Notes under the pieces: generated by a model | Told to the model about the DNA's origin: nothing | What the model saw: only the letters and a program-made list of their open reading frames with translations | Databases searched by the model: none | Program-made: the position numbers and the translations under genes | Source of the DNA: Candidatus Saccharimonadota bacterium | GTDB lineage: Bacteria; Pseudomonadota; Alphaproteobacteria; CAJXXZ01; 1604HC | Length of the DNA: 32,000 nucleotides | NCBI RefSeq assembly: GCF_008189405.1 | Contig: NZ_CP043316.1 | Span: forward strand, 270,001-302,000 | Reading direction: 5' to 3' | Shown here: piece by piece, positions 8,308 to 16,253 of the stretch | How positions within the stretch are numbered: the stretch's first letter is position 1 | How the letters are laid out: each line of letters starts with the position of its first letter

Positions 8308-8970
8308 ATGTTTAAACTTAGTCAAGATGGAACAAAAATAGCAAAAATCATTGCAATAGGATTGGTTTTAAGCTTTGTGTTAGGGAGTTTTATTGCATTT
8401 TTAGCTATTGGATTGCTTGTTTTATTTAGAGATGAAAATCGAGTCATAACAAACCCAAGTGCATTGTTATCACCTTGTGATGGTATTATTCTATCTATAG
8501 ATAATGATGTTGATTTTACATTATCAGATCAGTATCAAAATATTAAATGGAATAAAATTACAATTTTGAATGGTATATTAGATATACATGTGAGCAGAAT
8601 GCCTATAAAAGGCAAAATAGAAGATATAATATATTCTCCAGGTGAGTCTCGTGATAAGTATATATATAAGCAAAATGAGAAAATTTCATGGGTTATTGCA
8701 GGTGATATAAAATGCATAATTTCTCATTCAGTTGATACAGTTTTCCATTTTGTTTCTTGTAAGGTAAAGCGCAATGATATATTAAATATTGGGTCTACCT
8801 ACGCTAATAATGTGATTGGAGCTACTGTTGAGGTATATGTTCCTCAAGATTTGGAAATTTGTGTTTCTGAAGGACAGAAAATGATTGCAAGTGAAACTCC
8901 TTTAATTAAAAAATTAAAAAAATCAATCGAAGAAAATATAGAAGAAAGAAAAGAGAGTAAATTAATATGA
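8308..8970 (+). CDS. Phosphatidylserine decarboxylase-family paralog (short form) lacking the self-cleavage serine
   Basis: LFRDENRVI, LSPCDG, DIHVSRMPIKGKIEDIIY, NEK and IGSTY align with the downstream psd copy. The (F/I)G-S site is IGA (GGA GCT at 8818-8823), and the QIAG..ARRI segment is not conserved. Confidence 0.7.
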   Translation: MFKLSQDGTKIAKIIAIGLVLSFVLGSFIAFLAIGLLVLFRDENRVITNPSALLSPCDGIILSIDNDVDFTLSDQYQNIKWNKITILNGILDIHVSRMPIKGKIEDIIYSPGESRDKYIYKQNEKISWVIAGDIKCIISHSVDTVFHFVSCKVKRNDILNIGSTYANNVIGATVEVYVPQDLEICVSEGQKMIASETPLIKKLKKSIEENIEERKESKLI

Positions 8971-9620
8971 TAAAGAGAGTTTTTATGGATAAAGTAAGGT
9001 CTGATGGATATAATACTATTATTATATGCGCTTTGTCATCAATAGCATTTTTTTATTATAGCTATTATCTAGGGTTATTTGGGTTATTTTTAACAGCATT
9101 TTGCATATGGTTTTTTAGGGATCCAGATAGGGTGATTCCAGATCAGAGTGAGATTGTGTTGAGTCCAGCTGATGGAATAGTTGTGGATATTGAAGAAGAA
9201 GTTGAGTCTCCAGATTTTCCTGATAAAAAATGGACAAGAATTGGTGTGTTTTTGAGGCTTTCCGATGTGCATGTAAATAGATTTCCTATTGGTGGTGAAA
9301 TAATGGATATGAAATATGAAAAAGGAAAATTTGGATTTGCGTGGGGTAAGAAAACTCATATGAAAAATGAGAGATTAGCTATATTTATTAAAGGGTTCAT
9401 TGATTGTATTGTTGTGCAAATTGCTGGTTTTATAGCTAGGAGGATTGTTATAGATGTTACAGAGCATGATGAAGCTAAAATAGGGCAAACATATGGTATG
9501 ATAAAATTTGGTAGTAGAATGGATACATATTTCCCATCTAATATGATTGTGCATGTGAAAAAACGCCAGACAGTTGTTGCTGGCGAAACAATTATAGCAA
9601 GTAAGAATGAGTTGAAGTAA
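8967..9620 (+). CDS. psd: Phosphatidylserine decarboxylase proenzyme (short alphaproteobacterial/Asd-like form)
   Basis: FFRDPDRVIP, LSPADG, DVHVNRFPIGGEI, KNERLAI, VQIAGFIARRIV, GMIKFGSRMDTYFP (G-S cleavage site at 9510-9515), VVAGETIIA. ATGA overlap with the upstream paralog. Confidence 0.88.
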   Translation: MIKRVFMDKVRSDGYNTIIICALSSIAFFYYSYYLGLFGLFLTAFCIWFFRDPDRVIPDQSEIVLSPADGIVVDIEEEVESPDFPDKKWTRIGVFLRLSDVHVNRFPIGGEIMDMKYEKGKFGFAWGKKTHMKNERLAIFIKGFIDCIVVQIAGFIARRIVIDVTEHDEAKIGQTYGMIKFGSRMDTYFPSNMIVHVKKRQTVVAGETIIASKNELK

Positions 9621-10423
9621 TGTATAATGAGAATGCATTTAAGAAGAATAAGACTCATAATGAAGAGCTAAAAAACAAGAAGCATATTTCGAAAAAGGTA
9701 ATGTTAAAAAAACCAAAGAGAGTAAGAAATTTTTTTAAAAATAGAATTTTTTTTATTCCAAATTTTGTTACGTCTATTTCAGTTTGTTTAGGTATGCAAG
9801 CAATATATTTGATATTTAATGGTGGAATTGAATATTCTGTACTATGTATTTGCGCTGCAGCATTTATTGATGGAATTGATGGTAGGATTGCTAGATATTT
9901 AAATAGTTCGTCAGAATTTGGGAAAACATTAGATTCATTAGCTGATTTTCTAAGTTTTTCTATAGCACCTACTTTAGTAATATATTTTTATAAATTGCAA
10001 AATTGGGCTAATTTTGGATGGTCTTGCTGTATATTTTTTGTATTATGTATGGCATTCAGGTTAGCAAGATTTTCTAGTGATAAGTCTGATAGTGAGGCAT
10101 TTACAGGTATTCCTGCTCCAGCTGCAGGTTTATTAGTTTTTACTCCACTTGCTGTAGAAAAAGTATTGAAAATATCATTGTGTCCTGCCTTTTTTTCAAT
10201 TACTTTATTATTTGTATCATTTGGTATGATTGGAAAATTCAAAACAATTGCATTAAATAAAATCAATGTAAAACACGGTATGAGTCATATAGTATTTGGT
10301 ATTTGTGCGTCATTAATTGTGTTAGCAACTACATATATATGGCTTACTGCCCTTCTTATTGGGTTGTTGTACATATCACATGTCTCATATGCAATGCTTA
10401 GATATGAAAAAGTTGACTGTTAA
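9620..10423 (+). CDS. pssA: CDP-diacylglycerol--serine O-phosphatidyltransferase
   Basis: CDP-alcohol phosphatidyltransferase motif DGIDGRIARYLNSSSEFGKTLDSLADFLSF, in a polytopic membrane protein. TAATG overlap with psd. An alternative start exists at M28 (9701). Confidence 0.9.
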   Translation: MYNENAFKKNKTHNEELKNKKHISKKVMLKKPKRVRNFFKNRIFFIPNFVTSISVCLGMQAIYLIFNGGIEYSVLCICAAAFIDGIDGRIARYLNSSSEFGKTLDSLADFLSFSIAPTLVIYFYKLQNWANFGWSCCIFFVLCMAFRLARFSSDKSDSEAFTGIPAPAAGLLVFTPLAVEKVLKISLCPAFFSITLLFVSFGMIGKFKTIALNKINVKHGMSHIVFGICASLIVLATTYIWLTALLIGLLYISHVSYAMLRYEKVDC

Positions 10424-10570
10424 AAATTAAATATTTTTATTTACTTATATAAGTGTCATATGTTAGTTGTGTTTTGCATATTGAATTGAATGCTTATAAG
10501 CCTATAATAATTCTGATATAGAAATTGATTTTATTCTTTAGTTGCAAATTTAGATTTTAGGTAAGTGTTT

Positions 10571-13258
10571 TCATGAGAATTTGCTTGCTAATCTACGTAC
10601 TATATTTTGGTGATTATTCATATAGTTTTGTAATGCTATATCTCGAGATTGTTTGTTTTTTATATTTAATAATTTCTTCAAATTAAATTGGTCAATATCT
10701 AATTGATTGATCAGTTTTTGTAGACTATCTTGTTCTTGTTTTTTGATGGATAATTTGTTGATAATTTCCTCTAATGTGTTCTTATTAATTATTAATTGTG
10801 TGTTTTTTGTATTTAGTTCAATATGTAGATTTTGGTTTGTTTGGGTTAAATCATCTATTTTTTTGTTTAAATCATCTACTTTTTCTTGTTTTATGTTTCT
10901 TTTGCTATTAATAATTTTGTGGTGATTTGATATTTTAGAACCATTAAGGCCTATTTGCTGTTTTAAATTTTGAATTTTACCTTCATCTTGTTTTATTAAT
11001 TGATTTATTTTACGCATTTCTTCTGTGAGTTGTGAAATATCTTTCTTAATTTTACTTTTTTCTTTATTCCTCTCTTCTTTATTCTTTATTATTTCATCAA
11101 TCCATTTTTGAATTTGAATTTTGTATTCTGATTCCTTTTCATCTTTTTGTGGTAATGCTAATTGTATAATTACATTGTATATATAATTTTTATCATATGG
11201 AGAATAGCTTAAATCAATAGATTTAGATCCTGAAGAATTAGACCTGATAGATCCACTACGCTTTCTAGGTATTTGAGGTATTTCTTGAAAATCTGCATTG
11301 TTGCTATTCAAAGGATGTTCTGATATATATTGCGATTCTTTCTTTTGAGCAAGTATTGCTGCAGATTTTCTTGATCTAAGTGCAGCTTGTAATATAGTTG
11401 CAATTTTATTTTGCTCCTGATCTTTAGCTTGTTCATTTTCATTGTTTTGCTTATTTTTTTGTTCGCTCTTTATATTATCAAATTTTGTTTTCGCTTTATT
11501 CCTCCTAAATCTAGATTGAATTTTGGTTGCATAATTATCTTTTTGTTTCTTTTGAGCAGCTTTTATATAATCATGATGTATACCAACAACTTTATTATAT
11601 TGTTCAATGCAACATGATGTGTTATCTCCAGATACCTTATTAAATTGCTTGAGAAATTGATCTAAATTAGTATAAAGATATTCTATTATAATATCTATTT
11701 CCTTAACTGAAGATGCATGTGTAATCTGGTGCTCATACCCCTTCCCTAGCAATGTATAGTGTGCAAACAGAGCGCTTAACTCTTTCTCTAGTTTAGTGAT
11801 GATTTTTTTAACTTCATTTATGTAGTAATCATGCATTTTTATTACATTATTATATTCAATATCATACTTATTTAGATCAACAGTGGATATTTGAGATACT
11901 GTTTCAGAATGTTTTTTTACGCGATCTATAAACTGATTTTTATTTGTTTGTGCAAGTTTTAATAAATTGTTAGCCTCAAAAAGTGATAGGCTGTTATTTT
12001 GTAGTTGAGCACTATATTTACCTTCAAATTTCATATAATCATTTATCAGATTAAATATGAAATCATTAACATATGTAGGTCTATTCATAGTATTTGGAAC
12101 TTCAATTTGATTATTAGATGTTGACCTTATTTTTGCAACTTCTTTTCTAGATCTTTTTCCTCTAAATATAGCTTGGATTCTGGTTGCAGAGTAATCCATT
12201 TTTTGTTTTGCAGGCTGATCTATTGATTTGCCTTGTGGAGGATATGGTGAAGGTGATTTGTTTGATGGGTTATTGATGCGCTGTGAAGAAGGAGTTTTGC
12301 GTGGAGTTGATGGTATATAGTCTGGAGATATAGAAGGTGGTGTACTGTTCGAAGGTGCACTACTTGTAGATGATTGAGTATTTTGGTTTGAAGGTGGTAT
12401 AGGTGAATTTGATATATGACTATTATATGGTGAAGTATATGGTGAAGGTGGAGCAGATGGAATTGGTGCTACACTTCCAGCGTATATAGGATTAATATGC
12501 TTGCCTAGAGATGAGTGGCTTGATGTAGTATCAATATCACTTCTTGGAGAAGGTGGAGCAGATGGGGTTGGTGGCATGGTATGCGTATATATATCATTTC
12601 TTGGAGAAAGTGGAGCAGATGGAATTGTGCCATAAACATATGGAGGATTTGCTAACCCTTCTCTTCTTTTGCCATTTCTATTATTTATAACTGCTCTTCT
12701 TCTCATATATTTTGCTTTTTGTTTTATGCTTTTTGCTTTTCTACGTGCTTTTTGCTTCATAATTTTTGCTCTTCCACGCGTTTTATTATTAATATTATGA
12801 TTCATTTCAGCACTGGCATGCGTGTTTTGTTGTGTTTCTTGATATGTTGTAGTGGATTTGGCCGGGTTTGTGTGTGTTTGTATTGGTCTGCTAGTAAAAG
12901 AATGCTGTGAAGGATATATTGTGGGGCTATATGATGGCGCAGACTGTATATATGGAGTTGTAGAATGAAATATAATACTGTGTGATTTTGGTATTAACTT
13001 CACATTTTTAAAATCCACGTCACCCGATTGATTTTGTAGTGACTTATTATATAAGTATTCCTGTGATTTTTCTGGAGATTGTGAGGGCTTTGCTTGCTTG
13101 CTACTGATTTTTAATGCTTTGCTTTCTTGAATATTGGTTTGTTTTTTGATTAATTCAATAAGTGGTTTCCCTGATTTTATTTGTTTACCTACCTTAAAGC
13201 CAATGTACAATAAAGCGAATAGTGCTAAGGCTATAATGCTGCGTTTAATAAATTGCAT
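10571..13258 (-). CDS. Orphan 895-aa membrane-anchored protein with Pro/Ser-rich repeats, three IQ-like motifs and a C-terminal heptad-rich region (candidate host-directed effector)
   Basis: Long uninterrupted ORF in very AT-rich DNA. SD AAGGAG (13267-13272) lies 8 nt before the ATG. N-terminal hydrophobic anchor SIIALALFALLYIGF. See findings for motifs. Confidence 0.85.
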   Translation of the reverse strand: MQFIKRSIIALALFALLYIGFKVGKQIKSGKPLIELIKKQTNIQESKALKISSKQAKPSQSPEKSQEYLYNKSLQNQSGDVDFKNVKLIPKSHSIIFHSTTPYIQSAPSYSPTIYPSQHSFTSRPIQTHTNPAKSTTTYQETQQNTHASAEMNHNINNKTRGRAKIMKQKARRKAKSIKQKAKYMRRRAVINNRNGKRREGLANPPYVYGTIPSAPLSPRNDIYTHTMPPTPSAPPSPRSDIDTTSSHSSLGKHINPIYAGSVAPIPSAPPSPYTSPYNSHISNSPIPPSNQNTQSSTSSAPSNSTPPSISPDYIPSTPRKTPSSQRINNPSNKSPSPYPPQGKSIDQPAKQKMDYSATRIQAIFRGKRSRKEVAKIRSTSNNQIEVPNTMNRPTYVNDFIFNLINDYMKFEGKYSAQLQNNSLSLFEANNLLKLAQTNKNQFIDRVKKHSETVSQISTVDLNKYDIEYNNVIKMHDYYINEVKKIITKLEKELSALFAHYTLLGKGYEHQITHASSVKEIDIIIEYLYTNLDQFLKQFNKVSGDNTSCCIEQYNKVVGIHHDYIKAAQKKQKDNYATKIQSRFRRNKAKTKFDNIKSEQKNKQNNENEQAKDQEQNKIATILQAALRSRKSAAILAQKKESQYISEHPLNSNNADFQEIPQIPRKRSGSIRSNSSGSKSIDLSYSPYDKNYIYNVIIQLALPQKDEKESEYKIQIQKWIDEIIKNKEERNKEKSKIKKDISQLTEEMRKINQLIKQDEGKIQNLKQQIGLNGSKISNHHKIINSKRNIKQEKVDDLNKKIDDLTQTNQNLHIELNTKNTQLIINKNTLEEIINKLSIKKQEQDSLQKLINQLDIDQFNLKKLLNIKNKQSRDIALQNYMNNHQNIVRRLASKFS
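12441..12631 (-). repeat. In-frame coding repeats; the shared DNA core tggagcagatgg encodes PSAP
   Basis: Three copies of the core at 12449-12460, 12554-12565 and 12611-12622. The two upstream copies lie in 57-nt (19-aa) units: atatcacttcttggagaaggtggagcagatgg (from 12534) and atatcatttcttggagaaagtggagcagatgg (from 12591). Confidence 0.8.
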
Positions 13259-13403
13259 TGCTCAATCTCCTTTTGCTTTATTATACTATATATTCGCAAA
13301 CAAATCACTAATATTATAGAATTATCTAAATAATCTTGTAATATTGTATAATTATTGCATAGTATAGATATGCTATGTATGTTTTAGGAGCAAACAATAT
13401 ACT

Positions 13404-13419
13404 TTAAGCGAAAGCTTAA
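13404..13419 (-). terminator. Weak hairpin downstream of the 869-aa gene (possible terminator or processing site)
   Basis: On the minus strand, TTAAGC-TTTC-GCTTAA (6-bp stem) begins 9 nt after the TAA stop (13431-13429). No clear U-tract follows, so support is weak. Confidence 0.2.
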
Positions 13420-13428
13420 TGATTCAGA

Positions 13429-16038
13429 TTATTGTGTAACTTGTTTAGTTATTATTATAGAGGTACGAGTTGCATCAAATTCTTCTTTTGCATCTTCATA
13501 CTCTTCTGCTAGTTTGTTTATATCTGCATCTTCAGTATTAATATAGTTTGATACAGATGATAAAGATCTAATTTTAGCTTGCTTTACTACTACATTCGTA
13601 AGAATTTCTAGAGCATCTCTATCTACTACTAATTGATCAATTTTTATTTGAACAGCATTTTTTTGCTCTGTTATGGTTTTCTTTTCATTCTTTACAATAT
13701 ATTCATGAATATTACTATTCAGAAAATAATTTTGATAATGCCCATTAATCATATGCTCTAAGTTGATTTGTATGCTTGATGGGACCTGTTTAAATAATGC
13801 ATCAAAATTATTTTGTAAATTTATACCTATCTCTATTTTAACACCATCTGGAGCACTAATATCATTAGCCACATCTGAATATAGTTCCTTAGCATCTGCA
13901 AACATCTTTTCTAATTCACTTTTGTATAATAAAGCAGAAGAAGTAGTAGCAGAATCTAATAATTGCGTACTAGCATTTGCAGTCTTCATATGATTTACAC
14001 TCTCAGTTTCCAATGCCTTTAAACTATCTGTAATGCTCTTATAATTTGCTATTACTTTGTTAATCATATTTATATTTAATTGATCTATTGAACCATCTAT
14101 AACGCTTTTAAGATCACCAGTAGTATTAAATACGATCGATCTGATTGTATTTGATACACCATCAAAAGTTTTTTCACTTGACAGAGTATCTGAAAGAGCA
14201 GTAAATTCATCTTTAATAATATTTAAAATAGGATGATCCTCGCCTCCACCTGGTTCTTTTGTGCCTTCTATCTGCCATATAACATTTGTCATTTCATCGA
14301 TCTTGGCATGTAATGCATTGTTCACTATATATGCTTCTTTTAATAGTACAGTTTTTTTACTTTCAATGTATTTGTCAAAATGTGCAATTAGTTCTTTTTT
14401 CAATGTTTCAATGCCATTTGTATTAATATGAAATGCTCCTAGTACTGCTCCATCCTCATCATGACGCATATCTCCAGCTTGTTGAACTAATTCGTCAATT
14501 AATAGAGTGTTTTTGTAATAGAATCCAACTTTAGTTTCATCAATTCTTTCACTATTAGCCAATTCAAATGCTTTATTTAATTTGGCTAATCCTGAATTTT
14601 CTAGATTATCTTTTTTCATGAAACATTGTATTTCATCAGTTAGTGCAGTTAGTGCAGTTAGTTCTTGACTATTGAAACTTGAGTAATCTGCAAATAATTT
14701 ATTGTAGTATTCATTGGTATCTTGATCTTTTAATTTAACTAAATCATTGCTAAAGTCAATTGCACCTGCAATCATCATATTTTCATAATATTTAGCAGAT
14801 TCAACCATAGTTGTGTATAAATCTTTAAACATGGTGGATAAATCATCACTTGAAGGTAGATTATTGATCATATCCTTTATTGTATCTGCTTTGATTGCGT
14901 TAAATATTGTATCATCAGCAGTAATCTTAATTGCATCATATATTGCTTGCGCAGTTTGATATAGTTTGGGATCAGCTTTATCTATAAATGCATCTAATTC
15001 ATCTTTGAGAACACCAAATCCTTTGACACTATCTATATTCACTCTAATTAATCTAAGTGAATTGAATGCATCTACAGTATATTGGGCAAATTTATCTTTT
15101 AACCTTTTAACTTTTTCTTGTGGATTCAAATCTGAATTACTATCATTCAAATGCAAATCATCTAATTTTTTATATAAATTAGATGATGTATTCTCATGTA
15201 TTTCCAATATTTTTAATTCTTCAAGTAGGTACTCTAAATCTTTAATTTGATTTGCAATCATTTCATATTCTGCAATTTTCTCATATGATTCTACCAATTC
15301 AGTTGGTTTATATTCTAATAATTTAGCTAGATCATCATGTCCTTTTTGACCAAATTTTGCTTCCATAGCATTTTGCAATTTAAACATAGCTGCGTCTTTT
15401 TTAAATAATAATTCTCTCTGAGCTGTATTAGTAGCAATAGCATATTGATTATCAAACAAAGCATGCTTGCTTGTATCATTAATTAATAATTTGATCTTTG
15501 ATATATCACTATCATCACCATCATTAGACAGATCAGCAGATATAATAATAGCTACTAATGCACTTTCAGACAATTTGTTTACACCATTGTAATAATCAGA
15601 AATTAGCTTACGTGCAACTTTTTTTTCTGTAATGTTATTATTTGGATCATTTTTCACTGCTTCAAATACTGTAGCAATTCTATTATTATTTGTGTAATGA
15701 CATTTGCTATCTTTGATCAAATTAATTTGATCTGGGGTTAGTGGTAGGTGATTTGTATGATAGGAAAGTTGAATGGTATTTGGTACTAAATATGCATCGC
15801 TTCCATTATTTTCAATGTATACACTTCTTCCACCCTCATTAATCATAATAGCGCTAACTTCATTTGCATCTGAGTTTGCTAAGAATGCATTTTGTTTATC
15901 TGTATATTCTTTTTTAGATACATGTTTAAACATATCCACCTCTACTACATGTCGTAAAAATGCCATGTCAGATACTTGATCAGCATTAATGCTGCATGCC
16001 ATAGCTATTGATAATATGAATTTATTATTATATTTCAT
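13429..16038 (-). CDS. Orphan 869-aa secreted/periplasmic protein (Sec-type signal peptide; acidic; predicted helix-rich)
   Basis: Uninterrupted 2.6-kb ORF. SD GGAGGA (16042-16047) just upstream of the ATG. N-terminus MKYNNKFILSIAMACSINA/DQ looks like a cleavable signal peptide. No family recognised, no C-terminal beta-barrel-like ending, and no further hydrophobic segments. Confidence 0.8.
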   Translation of the reverse strand: MKYNNKFILSIAMACSINADQVSDMAFLRHVVEVDMFKHVSKKEYTDKQNAFLANSDANEVSAIMINEGGRSVYIENNGSDAYLVPNTIQLSYHTNHLPLTPDQINLIKDSKCHYTNNNRIATVFEAVKNDPNNNITEKKVARKLISDYYNGVNKLSESALVAIIISADLSNDGDDSDISKIKLLINDTSKHALFDNQYAIATNTAQRELLFKKDAAMFKLQNAMEAKFGQKGHDDLAKLLEYKPTELVESYEKIAEYEMIANQIKDLEYLLEELKILEIHENTSSNLYKKLDDLHLNDSNSDLNPQEKVKRLKDKFAQYTVDAFNSLRLIRVNIDSVKGFGVLKDELDAFIDKADPKLYQTAQAIYDAIKITADDTIFNAIKADTIKDMINNLPSSDDLSTMFKDLYTTMVESAKYYENMMIAGAIDFSNDLVKLKDQDTNEYYNKLFADYSSFNSQELTALTALTDEIQCFMKKDNLENSGLAKLNKAFELANSERIDETKVGFYYKNTLLIDELVQQAGDMRHDEDGAVLGAFHINTNGIETLKKELIAHFDKYIESKKTVLLKEAYIVNNALHAKIDEMTNVIWQIEGTKEPGGGEDHPILNIIKDEFTALSDTLSSEKTFDGVSNTIRSIVFNTTGDLKSVIDGSIDQLNINMINKVIANYKSITDSLKALETESVNHMKTANASTQLLDSATTSSALLYKSELEKMFADAKELYSDVANDISAPDGVKIEIGINLQNNFDALFKQVPSSIQINLEHMINGHYQNYFLNSNIHEYIVKNEKKTITEQKNAVQIKIDQLVVDRDALEILTNVVVKQAKIRSLSSVSNYINTEDADINKLAEEYEDAKEEFDATRTSIIITKQVTQ

Positions 16039-16253
16039 TCATCCTCCATTTTTTTTTCTATATTGCCATCGATATCTAAAAAAAATACTAAAAAGTGTTT
16101 AAAATAATTTTATATTTATATAAAATTGTGTAATTATTAATTTTATATCTATGTAAAACTATTAATAATATAGTGTAAATATGCAGATTTTTTTAATGAA
16201 TAAATCTTATTGATTATAGTGTGATATGGTTATTGGTTGTGATTTGTATTGTA

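Noticed and set aside
9090-10266. Minus-strand ORFs 9090-9359, 9356-9658, 9375-9638 and 9988-10266, antisense to psd and pssA.
   Set aside because: They overlap one another in different frames and sit opposite genes with unambiguous catalytic motifs. No start context or homology supports them.
8097-10437. A shared 14-mer, aaaaattaaatatt (8097-8110 and 10424-10437), plus loosely similar flanks on both sides of the psd-psd-pssA operon, considered as possible repeat or mobile-element ends.
   Set aside because: My rough estimate for chance 14-mer matches among the AT-only intergenic sequences is of order one. The flanks align only patchily, and there are no inverted termini or target duplications.
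10484-10500. 10-bp palindrome gcttataagc in the convergent gap between pssA and the 895-aa gene, considered as a bidirectional terminator.
   Set aside because: As a hairpin it gives only a 4-bp stem with a 2-nt loop and has no flanking T-run on either strand.
10661-10714. WH2-like actin-monomer-binding motif in the C-terminal region of the IQ protein (KLINQLDIDQFNLKKLLN, compare LLxxIxxGxxLKKV).
   Set aside because: The spacing is one residue off the consensus and lacks the central Gly. It sits inside a long heptad-rich Leu/Lys/Asn region where LKK strings arise by composition. No poly-proline profilin tracts accompany it.
14637-14663. Three tandem copies of a 9-nt unit (cagttagtg cagttagtg cagttagtt) inside the 869-aa gene, encoding TALTALT.
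   Set aside because: It is in-frame, very short and has only three copies. It could be a slippage-prone site but shows no further structure, so it does not count as a repeat array.
16049-16085. T9 (16049-16057) and A8 (16078-16085) homopolymer tracts just upstream of the 869-aa gene, and an A8/T8 tract inside the 590-aa gene (26816-26823), considered as possible phase-variation switches.
   Set aside because: Homopolymers of this length are expected by composition in DNA this AT-rich. Without population or read-level length variation, nothing supports phase variation.
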